This document shows, piece after piece, positions 25,892-35,629 of a DNA stretch of 64,000 nt. Source of the DNA: an uncultured Myxococcales bacterium (GTDB lineage: Bacteria > Myxococcota_A > Polyangia > Polyangiales > Houyiibacteriaceae); the NCBI GenBank assembly GCA_965601515.1, contig CBFCWN010000004.1, positions 8,497 through 72,496 of the forward strand. The letters run 5' to 3'. The notes beneath the pieces were generated by a model. The model searched no databases, had not been told where the DNA came from, and worked only from the letters and a program-made list of their open reading frames with translations. Numbering within the stretch: the first letter of the stretch is position 1; each line of letters starts with the position of its first letter. The translations under genes were made by a program, and so were the position numbers.

Positions 25892-27220
25892 GTGAAATCA
25901 ATTCTGGTTTGCATCGCCCTCGCCGCAGCGTTGCAGACGCAAACCGCCCGCGCAGAGGGCGATCTGCTCGGAGCCGACGGAATCGCCGAGGCGATCGTCT
26001 CGATGACGTCCCGGATCTGGACCGGGCCGAGGACCCCCGCCCCCGTTGAGATGGCACGACCGCGCTCCGCATCGTCGACGATGCGATCGCCCCGTGCGCT
26101 CGTGTCCGTGCACGCCGATCCCTCGGTGGACCGGGACGCGATGAAGCGCACTCTGACCGCGCTCGAGTCCGCGCGGGGAAGACTGAGCGCGCTGGGATGG
26201 CCCACACCTTTTAGCGACGGGGACCTCGGTGGCGACGCCGGCGTCGACCTCTACCTGACGTCGGAGCTCGCCCCGGGCGCCTACGTCGACGAGCTCGTTC
26301 CGTGGTCCTACCTCGACGGCGCCTCGACGTTCGTCGTGATGGACCCCGCAACCCCGAGCGAGTGGGTCGACGCGTGCGTGATCGAGGCCTACGCCGACGG
26401 CGTCCTCCTCGGCGCGGACCCGGCCGAGTCAGCCGCGTGGCGTCGTGCGACCGCCGCATGGCTCGCGTGGGAGCTGACCGGACGCTTCGGCTGTGACGAT
26501 GCCGTACACGAGCAACAGGCGGAGCCGTTTCGTTCTTGGATCGCCAACGGTGCCGACGGCGGCGCGGGTGGAGCCATGCTGCTCGCATACCTCTCCGCGC
26601 GACACGCGGACGGCTCGCCCGAGTTCGTGCGCGACGTTTGGGACCTCGCACGACAGCGTACATGGGAAGGCGTCGGACTGCGTGCGGAGCCGGACGTCTG
26701 GTCTGCGTTCGACGCGGCGATCGGCTTGTCCGGCGATTCGCTGCTCGACAACGTCGTCGATCTCGGCGTGGCACGCTGGTTCATCGGTCGAACCGCCGAC
26801 GTGGATCCGGCGCTTCGGGGCCTCGACGCCGACGCGACGGCGCCTGTCACGCGCACGATGACTCGGCTCCCGACGCGGGTGAGCGCTCCGGTGCCTCTCG
26901 AGCCAGGCGGAAGCGGCTACGTCGTCATGGGCCGCTCGGTGTGGGGGGACCTTCGTCGCCTGAGAGCCTGGTTTCGCGGGGAATATGGGGTGCGCTGGTC
27001 GTTCGCGGCCGTTCAGGTCGATGAGACGGGCCACGAGCTCGGACGGATGGTCGCGCCCTCGACCTCGGTGACTCCCGAAGCGTTCCTTCCGATCCAGCTC
27101 GACGACGACACCGCGCAGCTCGTCTTCGTGGTCACGCATCTCGGGAACGACCTGCTCGATGCCGACGAGCCGATCACGACGGAGCGCTCGTTCGAAATCG
27201 TCGTCGATCGCGCCGACTAG
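25892..27220 (+). CDS. secreted hypothetical protein
   Basis: Signal peptide MKSILVCIALAAALQTQTARAEG. 442 aa. I could not see a catalytic motif. Confidence 0.65.
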   Translation: MKSILVCIALAAALQTQTARAEGDLLGADGIAEAIVSMTSRIWTGPRTPAPVEMARPRSASSTMRSPRALVSVHADPSVDRDAMKRTLTALESARGRLSALGWPTPFSDGDLGGDAGVDLYLTSELAPGAYVDELVPWSYLDGASTFVVMDPATPSEWVDACVIEAYADGVLLGADPAESAAWRRATAAWLAWELTGRFGCDDAVHEQQAEPFRSWIANGADGGAGGAMLLAYLSARHADGSPEFVRDVWDLARQRTWEGVGLRAEPDVWSAFDAAIGLSGDSLLDNVVDLGVARWFIGRTADVDPALRGLDADATAPVTRTMTRLPTRVSAPVPLEPGGSGYVVMGRSVWGDLRRLRAWFRGEYGVRWSFAAVQVDETGHELGRMVAPSTSVTPEAFLPIQLDDDTAQLVFVVTHLGNDLLDADEPITTERSFEIVVDRAD

Positions 27221-28575
27221 TTCTTGCGGGGTCGACGACGTCGGCGCCTGCGTCGAGGTCGCGATTCGGAATCGTAGAAAGCGTCGCTCGGATCCTGAGC
27301 CCACTTGGGAAGCTCTTCCCCACGCGCGGTCTTGTCCAACGCGAATAGCGTGGCGGCGTCCGCGAAGTACTCGCGGCGAACGATGGACTGGATTCGGCCC
27401 GTCCTCAGCCGACGCTGGGCCATGACCAAGAGTCGAATCCGATCCTTGAGTCGGCGCGGCAGCGAGAGTCGCAGCGAAAGCTCTCGGATGAACTCTTCGT
27501 ACGCCACGGGAACGTCTCGAGCGCCCTCGATGGCTTCGTCGATCGGGCCAAGAAGAAGCGCGGCGAGGAGCACTGCATCGCTCGGCAGCCGATCTTCGGC
27601 GGCAAGCGCATCGACCGCCTGAAGACGCCCAAACGTCAGCTCGGCGCCCACGAGCTCGTCGTCGAGAAACGACGCCACTTCCGGAAGCACTTCACTAAGT
27701 ACACCGACGTCCCAGGCAAGGAACGCGGAACGATGCGCGGCTCCTCCCCGGAGGAAACGGAGCAACTCTTCGAGGACGCGCGGGGCGGCGGCACGACGCA
27801 AATCTCCGCGATATCGCACCATCGCGTCGTAGACCTCAGGGTCGAGCCCCATGTCGAGTCGAGCGCTGAACTTGATCGCCCGAAGGATGCGCACGGGGTC
27901 CTCGCGAAAACGCACGTTGGGGTCACCGATGGTACGGAGCAGATGCTCTTCGAGATCGGCAACGCCGCCTACGAAATCGATGACCTCACCCCGTTCGAGG
28001 TCGTAGAAGAGCCCGTTGATGGTGAAGTCACGCCGAATCGAATCCTCGTGCGGCTCCCCGAAGACGTTGTCGTTCGTGATGAGAAGATCGGCGTCGTCCC
28101 CCTCGGCGTGCACGTTCTGGGCTGGGATCAGCCGAACCGGCTCCGGGCCGGCGCAGAGGGGAATCTCCTTCGCGAGCTTCGGCTTGATGATCTCGTAGTG
28201 CTGCGCCGGGTCTCGACGGAACGTCGCAACCTCGATGACCTTCCCGCCGGCGAACAAGACGTGAGCCAGGCGAAAGCGACGGCCGATCACTCGGCAGTTT
28301 CGAAAGAGGTCCCGCACCTCGTACGGGCGCGCGCTGGTAGCGAGATCGAAGTCTTTTGGCTTTCGACCAAGCATTAGGTCGCGCACGCCTCCACCGACCA
28401 AGTAGGCGGTGTGGCCGTGGCGGGTCAAACGTCGGATCACCTTGGCCGCGTCGGGATCGACGAGGCGGCGCGGAATCTCATGTGCATATACGACCGGTTC
28501 CGGCGGGTCGTCCGCAAGCAGGGCTCGCGAATCGTCCTCCGGTTGACCGAAGTCGGAATCAATAACTCGGGTCAT
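27217..28575 (-). CDS. pcnB: poly(A) polymerase / tRNA nucleotidyltransferase family (PcnB-like)
   Basis: LVGGGVRDLMLGRKPKDFDLAT, RFRLAHVLF, and an Arg-rich C-terminal tail. Confidence 0.8.
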   Translation of the reverse strand: MTRVIDSDFGQPEDDSRALLADDPPEPVVYAHEIPRRLVDPDAAKVIRRLTRHGHTAYLVGGGVRDLMLGRKPKDFDLATSARPYEVRDLFRNCRVIGRRFRLAHVLFAGGKVIEVATFRRDPAQHYEIIKPKLAKEIPLCAGPEPVRLIPAQNVHAEGDDADLLITNDNVFGEPHEDSIRRDFTINGLFYDLERGEVIDFVGGVADLEEHLLRTIGDPNVRFREDPVRILRAIKFSARLDMGLDPEVYDAMVRYRGDLRRAAAPRVLEELLRFLRGGAAHRSAFLAWDVGVLSEVLPEVASFLDDELVGAELTFGRLQAVDALAAEDRLPSDAVLLAALLLGPIDEAIEGARDVPVAYEEFIRELSLRLSLPRRLKDRIRLLVMAQRRLRTGRIQSIVRREYFADAATLFALDKTARGEELPKWAQDPSDAFYDSESRPRRRRRRRRPRKN

Positions 28576-28689
28576 CGAATACCAAGGGCCCCGGTTCGTG
28601 ACAGCAAAAAGGCTGTGGAATGAAGGTAGGGGCCGAGAAGTTGTGGCCGAGTCTTAGCAACAAGGGCTCCTGACGGCAATGTAAGACCG

Positions 28690-29781
28690 ATGCTACCGTC
28701 CCCCAACAAAATGGGCGAGCTCGAAACGACGGCGGGGCATGTGATCGTGTGTGGATTCGACGGAACCACGCTTCCTCCCCGTATCGAACGGTGGCTCGAG
28801 CGCGATTCGGTAGCAGGGCTGATCCTTTTCAAGCGGAACATCGAGAGTATCGAACAGGCGAAGTCGCTCCTCGATCGATGCGCGGCGATCGCCGGAAGCT
28901 CGCTTCCGCCCTTGCTCTCAGTCGACCAGGAGGGAGGTCGCGTCGCTCGCCTTCGTGAACCTGTGCTTCCGCTGCCGCCGATGCGCTTGCTTGCAAAGCT
29001 AGACGACGTAGCGCTGACCATGGAAGCCGGGGAGGCCCTCGGTCGACAGCTCCGCGCCATCGGTTTCAACCTGGACTTCGCGCCAGTCCTCGACGTCGAT
29101 ACCAATCCGCAAAACCCCGTCATCGGAGACCGTTCTTTCGGAGCCGATCCGGAAGAGGTCGTTCGACACGCGCTTGCGTTTGCAGAAGGCCTGCACCGAG
29201 GCGGCGTTCTCTCGTGTGGCAAACACTTTCCTGGGCATGGGGACACCGACCTCGATAGTCACCTCGCACTTCCCCGCCTCCGACATGCACGCGATCGACT
29301 CGATGCCGTCGAGCTTCTGCCATTCCGCGCCGCGGTGGGCGCCCTCCCCTCGCTGATGACGGCGCACGTCGTGTTCGAAGGCCTCGACCCAGATGTTCCT
29401 GCCACGATGTCAGAGCGCGCAATTCAAGACCTGCTTCGAAACGAGATCGGTTACCAGGGCGCGGTGTTCTCGGACGACTTGGAGATGAAGGCGGTCAGCG
29501 ACCGCTACTCGATCGAAGAGGCAGGGGTCCGCGCCATCGCAGCCGGCTGCGATCTGCTCTTGGTGTGCTCGGACGTCGACGCGGCTGAGCGCCTTCGAGA
29601 GCGCCTCGTTCGCGAGGCCGCGTCGAGCGAGACCTTCCGCAGGCGCCTCTTGGAAGCCCGCGGGAGAGCGGATTCACTTCGCGAGCGAGCCGCTCAGCTG
29701 GGCGCTCCCGCGACTCTCGAAAACGCGCTACACCATCCGCAGGCGCGCGCCGTGGAGGCTCGGCTCGCGCAGTTTGCATGA
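28690..29781 (+). CDS. nagZ: beta-N-acetylhexosaminidase (GH3)
   Basis: VDQEGGRVARL, KHFPGHGDTDLDSH. Confidence 0.85.
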   Translation: MLPSPNKMGELETTAGHVIVCGFDGTTLPPRIERWLERDSVAGLILFKRNIESIEQAKSLLDRCAAIAGSSLPPLLSVDQEGGRVARLREPVLPLPPMRLLAKLDDVALTMEAGEALGRQLRAIGFNLDFAPVLDVDTNPQNPVIGDRSFGADPEEVVRHALAFAEGLHRGGVLSCGKHFPGHGDTDLDSHLALPRLRHARDRLDAVELLPFRAAVGALPSLMTAHVVFEGLDPDVPATMSERAIQDLLRNEIGYQGAVFSDDLEMKAVSDRYSIEEAGVRAIAAGCDLLLVCSDVDAAERLRERLVREAASSETFRRRLLEARGRADSLRERAAQLGAPATLENALHHPQARAVEARLAQFA

Positions 29782-31451
29782 CTACGATTCACGGTGACAC
29801 CAGCGGGCTGAGTCCATCCGAAACCAAGGCGCTTCAACGCATCTATCGGCGACGGGTGCCGCTCGAGCGATTGACGACCCCCGAGCTGACGCGAGCCTTG
29901 GTCGCCGTATCTCACGCGACCGGTCGTCAGGTCGGCGTTCTGGTCGATCGCGGCGGCCGGGTCGACCACGTGATCCTCGGAGACGCGTCCAAGCTCATGC
30001 TCCCCGACGTCGGACGTCTTCGCGCAGGTGCGGGTCGACTCCGCGGTCTACGCCTCATTCACACCCATTTGCGAAACGAGCCGCTCAGCCGCGACGACCT
30101 CGTCGACCTGACGCGCCTCAGACTCGACATGGTGGTCGCGATCTGTCTCGCGCCGGGCGAAGAGCGAGCCCTCTGCGTCTACTACGGGCACAACTTTCCT
30201 TCGCCGGAGGAGACCAACGAACCGCCCTTTCGCACCTTCGGTCCGATCCCTTACGCCAAGGCAAACGACAGCCCCGCCGAAATCATCGCGACTCTGGAAC
30301 AGGAGTTCGCACGTGCCGCCCGGGCGCGCGGCGTGTCGGCCAAAGACGGGCGCGCGATCCTGATCCACGTTTCCGACAAACGAAACGCTGGGAAAGCGGA
30401 AGACTCCCTTCGCGAGCTGGATGAGCTCGCACGAACCGCCGGCGTCGACGTCGTCGACCGCATCCTTCAGGTGCGCGACCGCGTCGACCCGCGATACGCA
30501 CTCGGGCGTGGCAAGCTCGAAGACGTCGTGATTCGCGCGATGCAGCTCGACGCCGAAACGCTGATCTTCGATCAGAACCTGCGTCCCGCTCAGGCAAGCA
30601 ACATCGCGCGAATGACGGATCTCAAGGTCATCGACCGAACGCAGCTGATCTTGGACATCTTCGCCCAGCACGCGGACAGCAGCGACGGTAAGCTGCAGGT
30701 CGAGCTGGCGCAGATGCGATACCTCCTGCCGCGCCTCGGTCAGCGAGACGACGCCCTTTCGCGTCTCACCGGCGGGATCGGTGGACGCGGCCCGGGTGAA
30801 ACCAAGCTCGAGGTTGGTCGCCGGCGCGCGCGGGAACGCGTCACCCGCCTCCAATCGCAGCTCAAGCGGCTCGGTCGGCAGAGGGAGCAGCGCCGCTCAC
30901 GCCGCAAACGGAGCGGCACGCCCACCATCGCCATCGTCGGCTACACCAACGCGGGCAAGAGCACGCTGCTCAACGCACTCACCGGAAGCGACGTCATCGC
31001 CGAAGACAAACTGTTCGCGACGCTCGATACGCGGTCGCGAGCCCTGAGACTGCCGTCGGGGCGCGATGCGATCGCCACCGACACGGTCGGTTTCATCCGT
31101 GAGCTCCCGAAGGACCTTTTCGCGGCTTTTCGCGCGACGTTCGACGAAACACAGGACGCGGATCTGTTGCTGCACGTGATCGATGCATCCGACCCCTGCA
31201 GAAGCGAGCACGTCGAAACCACGGAAAAGCTCTTGGTCGACCTCGGACTCGAGCGAATCCCGCGGATTCTCGTCTACAACAAGTGCGACCAACTCGAGGC
31301 GCCGCAGCCGACCCTCGCCAACCGCGGGGTTCCGATCAGCGCCCTCGACCCGAAGACGCTCGGACCGCTGCTCGCCGCGATCGACGACCGACTCGAGGTG
31401 TCCCACCCGCTCCTGAGCGAGCCGGAACCTACTTCTTCACCACCGGCTTGA
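29778..31451 (+). CDS. hflX: GTPase HflX
   Basis: HflX N-terminal domain plus G domain ([25 protein letters not shown]). ATGA overlap with nagZ. Confidence 0.9.
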   Translation: MTTIHGDTSGLSPSETKALQRIYRRRVPLERLTTPELTRALVAVSHATGRQVGVLVDRGGRVDHVILGDASKLMLPDVGRLRAGAGRLRGLRLIHTHLRNEPLSRDDLVDLTRLRLDMVVAICLAPGEERALCVYYGHNFPSPEETNEPPFRTFGPIPYAKANDSPAEIIATLEQEFARAARARGVSAKDGRAILIHVSDKRNAGKAEDSLRELDELARTAGVDVVDRILQVRDRVDPRYALGRGKLEDVVIRAMQLDAETLIFDQNLRPAQASNIARMTDLKVIDRTQLILDIFAQHADSSDGKLQVELAQMRYLLPRLGQRDDALSRLTGGIGGRGPGETKLEVGRRRARERVTRLQSQLKRLGRQREQRRSRRKRSGTPTIAIVGYTNAGKSTLLNALTGSDVIAEDKLFATLDTRSRALRLPSGRDAIATDTVGFIRELPKDLFAAFRATFDETQDADLLLHVIDASDPCRSEHVETTEKLLVDLGLERIPRILVYNKCDQLEAPQPTLANRGVPISALDPKTLGPLLAAIDDRLEVSHPLLSEPEPTSSPPA

Positions 31452-32313
31452 TGCCGACCTTGCCGTCTTTGACGACCACTTTGAAGTCGATCGCTTTGCC
31501 TTTGTGCTTGCGATCGAGCTTGGGGACCATCTTCTTCAGGCTCTTGGCGACGGTCTCGTAGTCGATGCGGTCGGTGCGCTCGTTGTTCTTGCGCTTGGCG
31601 TCGACGTAGCTGTCGTAGATCTGCTTCATTCGTACTTCGCCCGGCCCTCTCACACGAGGCGCGATCGGAGGTGGGGTTTTTCGCGCTGGCGTGTTCGCGG
31701 GGCCCGGACGGTCTCGACGATTGGAGACCGGCCTTCTCGATCGAGGCTTTCCAAACGTCGCCGACGGTGGCTCGGAGCCATGCGTGGCAGGCGAAGCGGT
31801 GGGAGGAGGCGGTCGATGCGAGAGATTCGATTCGTCGAGACCGAGACCGTTGCCGGCCTTGCCGGGCTTCGGCGCCTTCAAGAGTTGGTCGACACTCTCG
31901 CTCGCCTGCTCGATCAGCTGGTCGAGATCGTCGCTCCCGTTCGGATCGAGCTCGACGGGGCCACTGCTCCGCCGGGTCCGCTCCTGGTGACGCTCCGCGC
32001 GGATGGCCTCGCGTCGTCGACGCGCTCGAAGAAGATCGCGGCGGTAGGTGCCCTCTTCGATCTGTCGGCCGATGCGACGCCAGTAGGTCTGCATCGTCGT
32101 GTAACGCTGGATGAGCGTTTGAAGCCGAAACCGGAGGGCGGTGTTTCGAGGCTGCTCCTTGCGAAGCGCGTGCATCGAACGCTCGAGCTGCTTTCTCGGG
32201 ATCAGCGGTTCGGTTCGCTCGATGCCTTGAAACCACTGCTCGTAGAGGTGCTTGAGCCGGGAGAGCTGTACCTCCACGTCGGACAACATGATTTCGAATT
32301 CCTTAGGCGTCAT
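31429..32313 (-). CDS. conserved basic protein; resembles the myxobacterial MXAN_5187 family from memory
   Basis: N-terminal region LKHLYEQWFQGIERTEP, an Arg-rich disordered middle, and a C-terminal region MKQIYDSYVDAKRKNNE ... [14 protein letters not shown]. The family name is from recollection and has not been searched. Confidence 0.6.
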   Translation of the reverse strand: MTPKEFEIMLSDVEVQLSRLKHLYEQWFQGIERTEPLIPRKQLERSMHALRKEQPRNTALRFRLQTLIQRYTTMQTYWRRIGRQIEEGTYRRDLLRARRRREAIRAERHQERTRRSSGPVELDPNGSDDLDQLIEQASESVDQLLKAPKPGKAGNGLGLDESNLSHRPPPPTASPATHGSEPPSATFGKPRSRRPVSNRRDRPGPANTPARKTPPPIAPRVRGPGEVRMKQIYDSYVDAKRKNNERTDRIDYETVAKSLKKMVPKLDRKHKGKAIDFKVVVKDGKVGIKPVVKK

Positions 32314-32380
32314 GGCGCAGCGTCACCGAAGTGTGACCTTCAAATTGTCGAACACTCGGCCGGAATGCCAGTTAACGACC

Positions 32381-33487
32381 TCAGGCCGGGTCCGTACAGC
32401 CGTCCTCGTCGACATCCCGTCCTTCGATCGCCTCTTCATTCGGGCATTTGTCGTCCACGTCGGGGATGAAGTCGTTGTCGTTGTCCGGATCCATGCAGCC
32501 GTCCTCATCTTCGAACCCGTCGAGGTCCTCAGGGAGCCGCGGGCATTCGTCACGGTCGTCGGGAATGCCGTCCCCGTCGAGGTCGTCGGTCTGCGGCGAC
32601 CACGACATGCCTACGATCGCGCGAAGCCGTGGCTGGCCCAGCCCGCGGACGAAACCACCGCCGAACGCCGCGGTCAGAGTGATGTCGTGAGTCGTCCAGC
32701 GAATGCCGATGTCGCCCTCGAGCGTGTTCGTCATGCGCCCACGAAACGTCGACGTGCCTCGCAGCTCGAGTAGGCCGTAGAGGTCTTTGGTCTTTGGGAT
32801 CGGCGGCTTGATCGAAGCGCCGTACATGATCTCTTGGCCCAGGGTGTCCCGCCCGAACGTTCGATTGTTGACGCGGTAGCGCCATCCGAGCATCGCACCT
32901 GCACCCGTGCCGAGCAGGTGGAAGTCGGCAAGCAGCTGCGCGTCGAACGTGAACTGACCCTCGCTCGCGTAGAGACCTTCGTTGCCAACCGGAATCGGTA
33001 CGGTGAACAGGAGTCCGAGGCCGGGACCGTCCGGTTTGTTTTGAGTCTCTTCGGTGGGCTTGCCGAAGAACCGAATCTTGGTGGTGAAGCGCGGGTCTTC
33101 GAGGGCGAAGCCGGTGAACGACGTGCGTCCATCGATCGGACGGATCGACTCCCCCGTTTGGTAGAAGACGAGGGGCACCTCGAGCGCGAGAGACCAGCGT
33201 CCAAAAAGGCCGACCTCGGCGAAGATGTCACCCGTCATTCGGTGATCGATGATCTGGTCGACCACGCCGTCGTCATAGACGATGCGAAGCGGGCGGTTCG
33301 AGTACCACGTGAAAAACCCGAGGTTCCATCGGCCGTGCCCCGGTGTACCGCTTCCGTTGATGCCGAGGAACCCAAAGCGATCGAGCGCCGGGCGGAACCG
33401 CTCGGTGTTGATGCCTTGTGCGGATGCAGATGCCCCCACACTCACGACCGCCAACACGACCCACAGGCACGCGAGCTTCTTCTTCAC
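32381..33487 (-). CDS. outer-membrane beta-barrel-like protein ending in thrombospondin type-3 (Asp-rich Ca-binding) repeats, no OmpA_C domain
   Basis: Signal peptide MKKKLACLWVVLAVVSVGASASAQ. An alternating aromatic/Gly-rich region follows. The C-terminus is DDLDGDGIPDDRDECP ... DEDGCMDPDNDNDFIPDVDDKCP ... DEDGCTDPA, then a stop. Confidence 0.7.
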   Translation of the reverse strand: MKKKLACLWVVLAVVSVGASASAQGINTERFRPALDRFGFLGINGSGTPGHGRWNLGFFTWYSNRPLRIVYDDGVVDQIIDHRMTGDIFAEVGLFGRWSLALEVPLVFYQTGESIRPIDGRTSFTGFALEDPRFTTKIRFFGKPTEETQNKPDGPGLGLLFTVPIPVGNEGLYASEGQFTFDAQLLADFHLLGTGAGAMLGWRYRVNNRTFGRDTLGQEIMYGASIKPPIPKTKDLYGLLELRGTSTFRGRMTNTLEGDIGIRWTTHDITLTAAFGGGFVRGLGQPRLRAIVGMSWSPQTDDLDGDGIPDDRDECPRLPEDLDGFEDEDGCMDPDNDNDFIPDVDDKCPNEEAIEGRDVDEDGCTDPA

Positions 33488-34278
33488 GGCTGACTCGTTC
33501 CGAGCAGGTGCGATTCGTGGACGTTCTTCAACGCCGCGAGCATGCTCTGGCGGACCTTCGGGACACGCTCCTCGATGTCGTCGAGCATTCGTTTGACCTC
33601 TTGTCGCCAGAGGTTTTCCTGCGACCCGCAGAGGTTGCAGGGGATGATCGGAAAATCGAGCTCAGACGCGTACGCGGCGATGTCTTGCTCCGACGAATAG
33701 AGAAGCGGGCGGATGACGGTATTGCGACCGTCGTCGCTCCGAAGCTTCGCCGGCATCGCGCTCAGTGACCCGTTGAACATCATGTTCAGCATCAGCGTTT
33801 CGATCGCATCGTCTCGATGGTGCCCGAGTGCGATCTTGTCGCACTCTAGGCGCTCGGCGGCATTGTATAGAATTCCCCGGCGAAGCCGAGAGCACATGCT
33901 GCAGTAGGTCTTGCCCTCGGGGATGCGGTTGGTCACGAGCTGGTACGTGTCCTCCCGAAGAACGTGGTGCGTGTAGCCGTGTTCTTCGAGCCAGGATTCG
34001 AGCGCCGTTCCGTCGTATCCCGGTTGCCCCTGATCGAGATGCACCGCCACGAGCTCGAAAGGAACCGGCGCTCGCCGTCGTGCGCGTTCGAGAAGATGCA
34101 AAAGAGTGTAGCTGTCTTTGCCGCCGCTGATGGCAACCATGACGCGGTCGCCGGGTGAAATCAGATCGAAGTCGGAGATGCAGCGCCCCATCTCATGGGC
34201 GAGCCGCTTCTCGAGCGTGGCGTGCGTCACGGCGGTGTCGGATTTGGGCGAAGAGGGCGCGGCAACCATGGGAGTCAC
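33484..34278 (-). CDS. ttcA: tRNA 2-thiocytidine(32) synthetase
   Basis: PP-loop SGGKDS, CSMCSRLRRG, CNLCGSQ. Confidence 0.85.
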   Translation of the reverse strand: MTPMVAAPSSPKSDTAVTHATLEKRLAHEMGRCISDFDLISPGDRVMVAISGGKDSYTLLHLLERARRRAPVPFELVAVHLDQGQPGYDGTALESWLEEHGYTHHVLREDTYQLVTNRIPEGKTYCSMCSRLRRGILYNAAERLECDKIALGHHRDDAIETLMLNMMFNGSLSAMPAKLRSDDGRNTVIRPLLYSSEQDIAAYASELDFPIIPCNLCGSQENLWRQEVKRMLDDIEERVPKVRQSMLAALKNVHESHLLGTSQP

Positions 34279-35546
34279 TCGGTGCGACGCAGTGTGACGG
34301 CGCGCGCGTGCGCCTCCAGCCCCTCGAGGCGGGCGAGCCGCTCGAGGAGATCGGCCTGCTCCGTGATCGCGGAGGAAGAGTATCGAATGAGCGACGAGCG
34401 CACGACGAAATCATACACGCCGAGCGGCGACGCGAAGCGGACCGCGCCACCCGTCGGCAACACGTGGCTCGGTCCCGCGGCGTAGTCGCCGGCCGCCTCG
34501 GGGGTGTGATAGCCGAGGAAGATGGCCCCGGCGGCGCCGATTCGAGGGAGGAGCGCGTCCGGGTCGGCGATCGACAGGCTCAGGTGCTCCGCCGCGAGGA
34601 CGGTGGCCGCCCTTGCCGCCTCATCGAGGTCGCCGACGACGAAGCAGTACCCGTTGTTGCGTACGGCCTCGCCCGCGATCGCTTTGCGGGGCAGCACGTC
34701 GAGCTGACGCTCCACGGCCCGGGCGACGGCGTCCGCCTGCGCTCGACTCAGCGTCACGAGCAGCGGATACGCGGCCTCGTCGTGTTCCGCCTGCGAGAGC
34801 AGGTCGGCCGCGACGATTTCGGGATCGGCGTCGTCGTCTGCCACGACCAGGATCTCACTCGGCCCGGCGATCGAGTCGATGTCGACCGCGCCAAAGACGA
34901 GACGCTTGGCGCACGCGACGTAGATGTTCCCCGGGCCGACCACTTTGTCGACCTGCGCGACCGACTCCGTGCCGTACGCGACCGCCGCAATCCCCTGTGC
35001 GCCCCCCGCATCGACCACCTCGGTCACCCCGGCGACCTCGGCAGCGGCGAGAATCTCAGGGGTCGGGTGGGGGGTGACGAGCACGATGCGCTTCACGCCC
35101 GCGACGGTGGCGGGAACCGCCGTCATCAACACGGTCGAGGGGTAGCGCGCCTTCCCTCCTGGCGCGTAGACCGCGGCGGCCGACACCGCCTGGACGCGCT
35201 GGCCAAGCTCGATGCCCTCCTCCTCGTACCGGAAACCAGGCTCTCGCTGATGCTCGTGATAGCGACGAATCCGTTCCGCGGCGGCCTCGAGCGCAGCGCG
35301 AGTGGTGGCGTCCACCGACTTGGCGGACTCGAGCCACGCTTCACGCGGCAAGACGAGCGATTCGGGCCGACGGCCGTCGAAACGCTCGCTGTACTCGAGA
35401 ACCGCCTCGTCGCCGCGCTGGCGGACCGCGTCGAGAATCGCGCGCACCTCGGGCTCGACGCGGGCGAGATCGTCGTCTCCACGGTGGCTCAGCGAGCGCA
35501 GCGTGTCTTCGTAACGCGCGTCGCCCCGTTCGTAGATCCTGAGCAT
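34275..35546 (-). CDS. hisD: histidinol dehydrogenase
   Basis: Full-length HisD-like sequence (AGPSEILVVADD, SQAEHD, GDYAAGPSHVLPTGG). Confidence 0.9.
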   Translation of the reverse strand: MLRIYERGDARYEDTLRSLSHRGDDDLARVEPEVRAILDAVRQRGDEAVLEYSERFDGRRPESLVLPREAWLESAKSVDATTRAALEAAAERIRRYHEHQREPGFRYEEEGIELGQRVQAVSAAAVYAPGGKARYPSTVLMTAVPATVAGVKRIVLVTPHPTPEILAAAEVAGVTEVVDAGGAQGIAAVAYGTESVAQVDKVVGPGNIYVACAKRLVFGAVDIDSIAGPSEILVVADDDADPEIVAADLLSQAEHDEAAYPLLVTLSRAQADAVARAVERQLDVLPRKAIAGEAVRNNGYCFVVGDLDEAARAATVLAAEHLSLSIADPDALLPRIGAAGAIFLGYHTPEAAGDYAAGPSHVLPTGGAVRFASPLGVYDFVVRSSLIRYSSSAITEQADLLERLARLEGLEAHARAVTLRRTE

Positions 35547-35629
35547 TTCGGTGGTTCTAGCCGTCCACTCCGAAGGGTCAACCGAGCAACCTTGCCCTTT
35601 TGGGCGGAAAGTGCTCCAACTGCGCGGTC

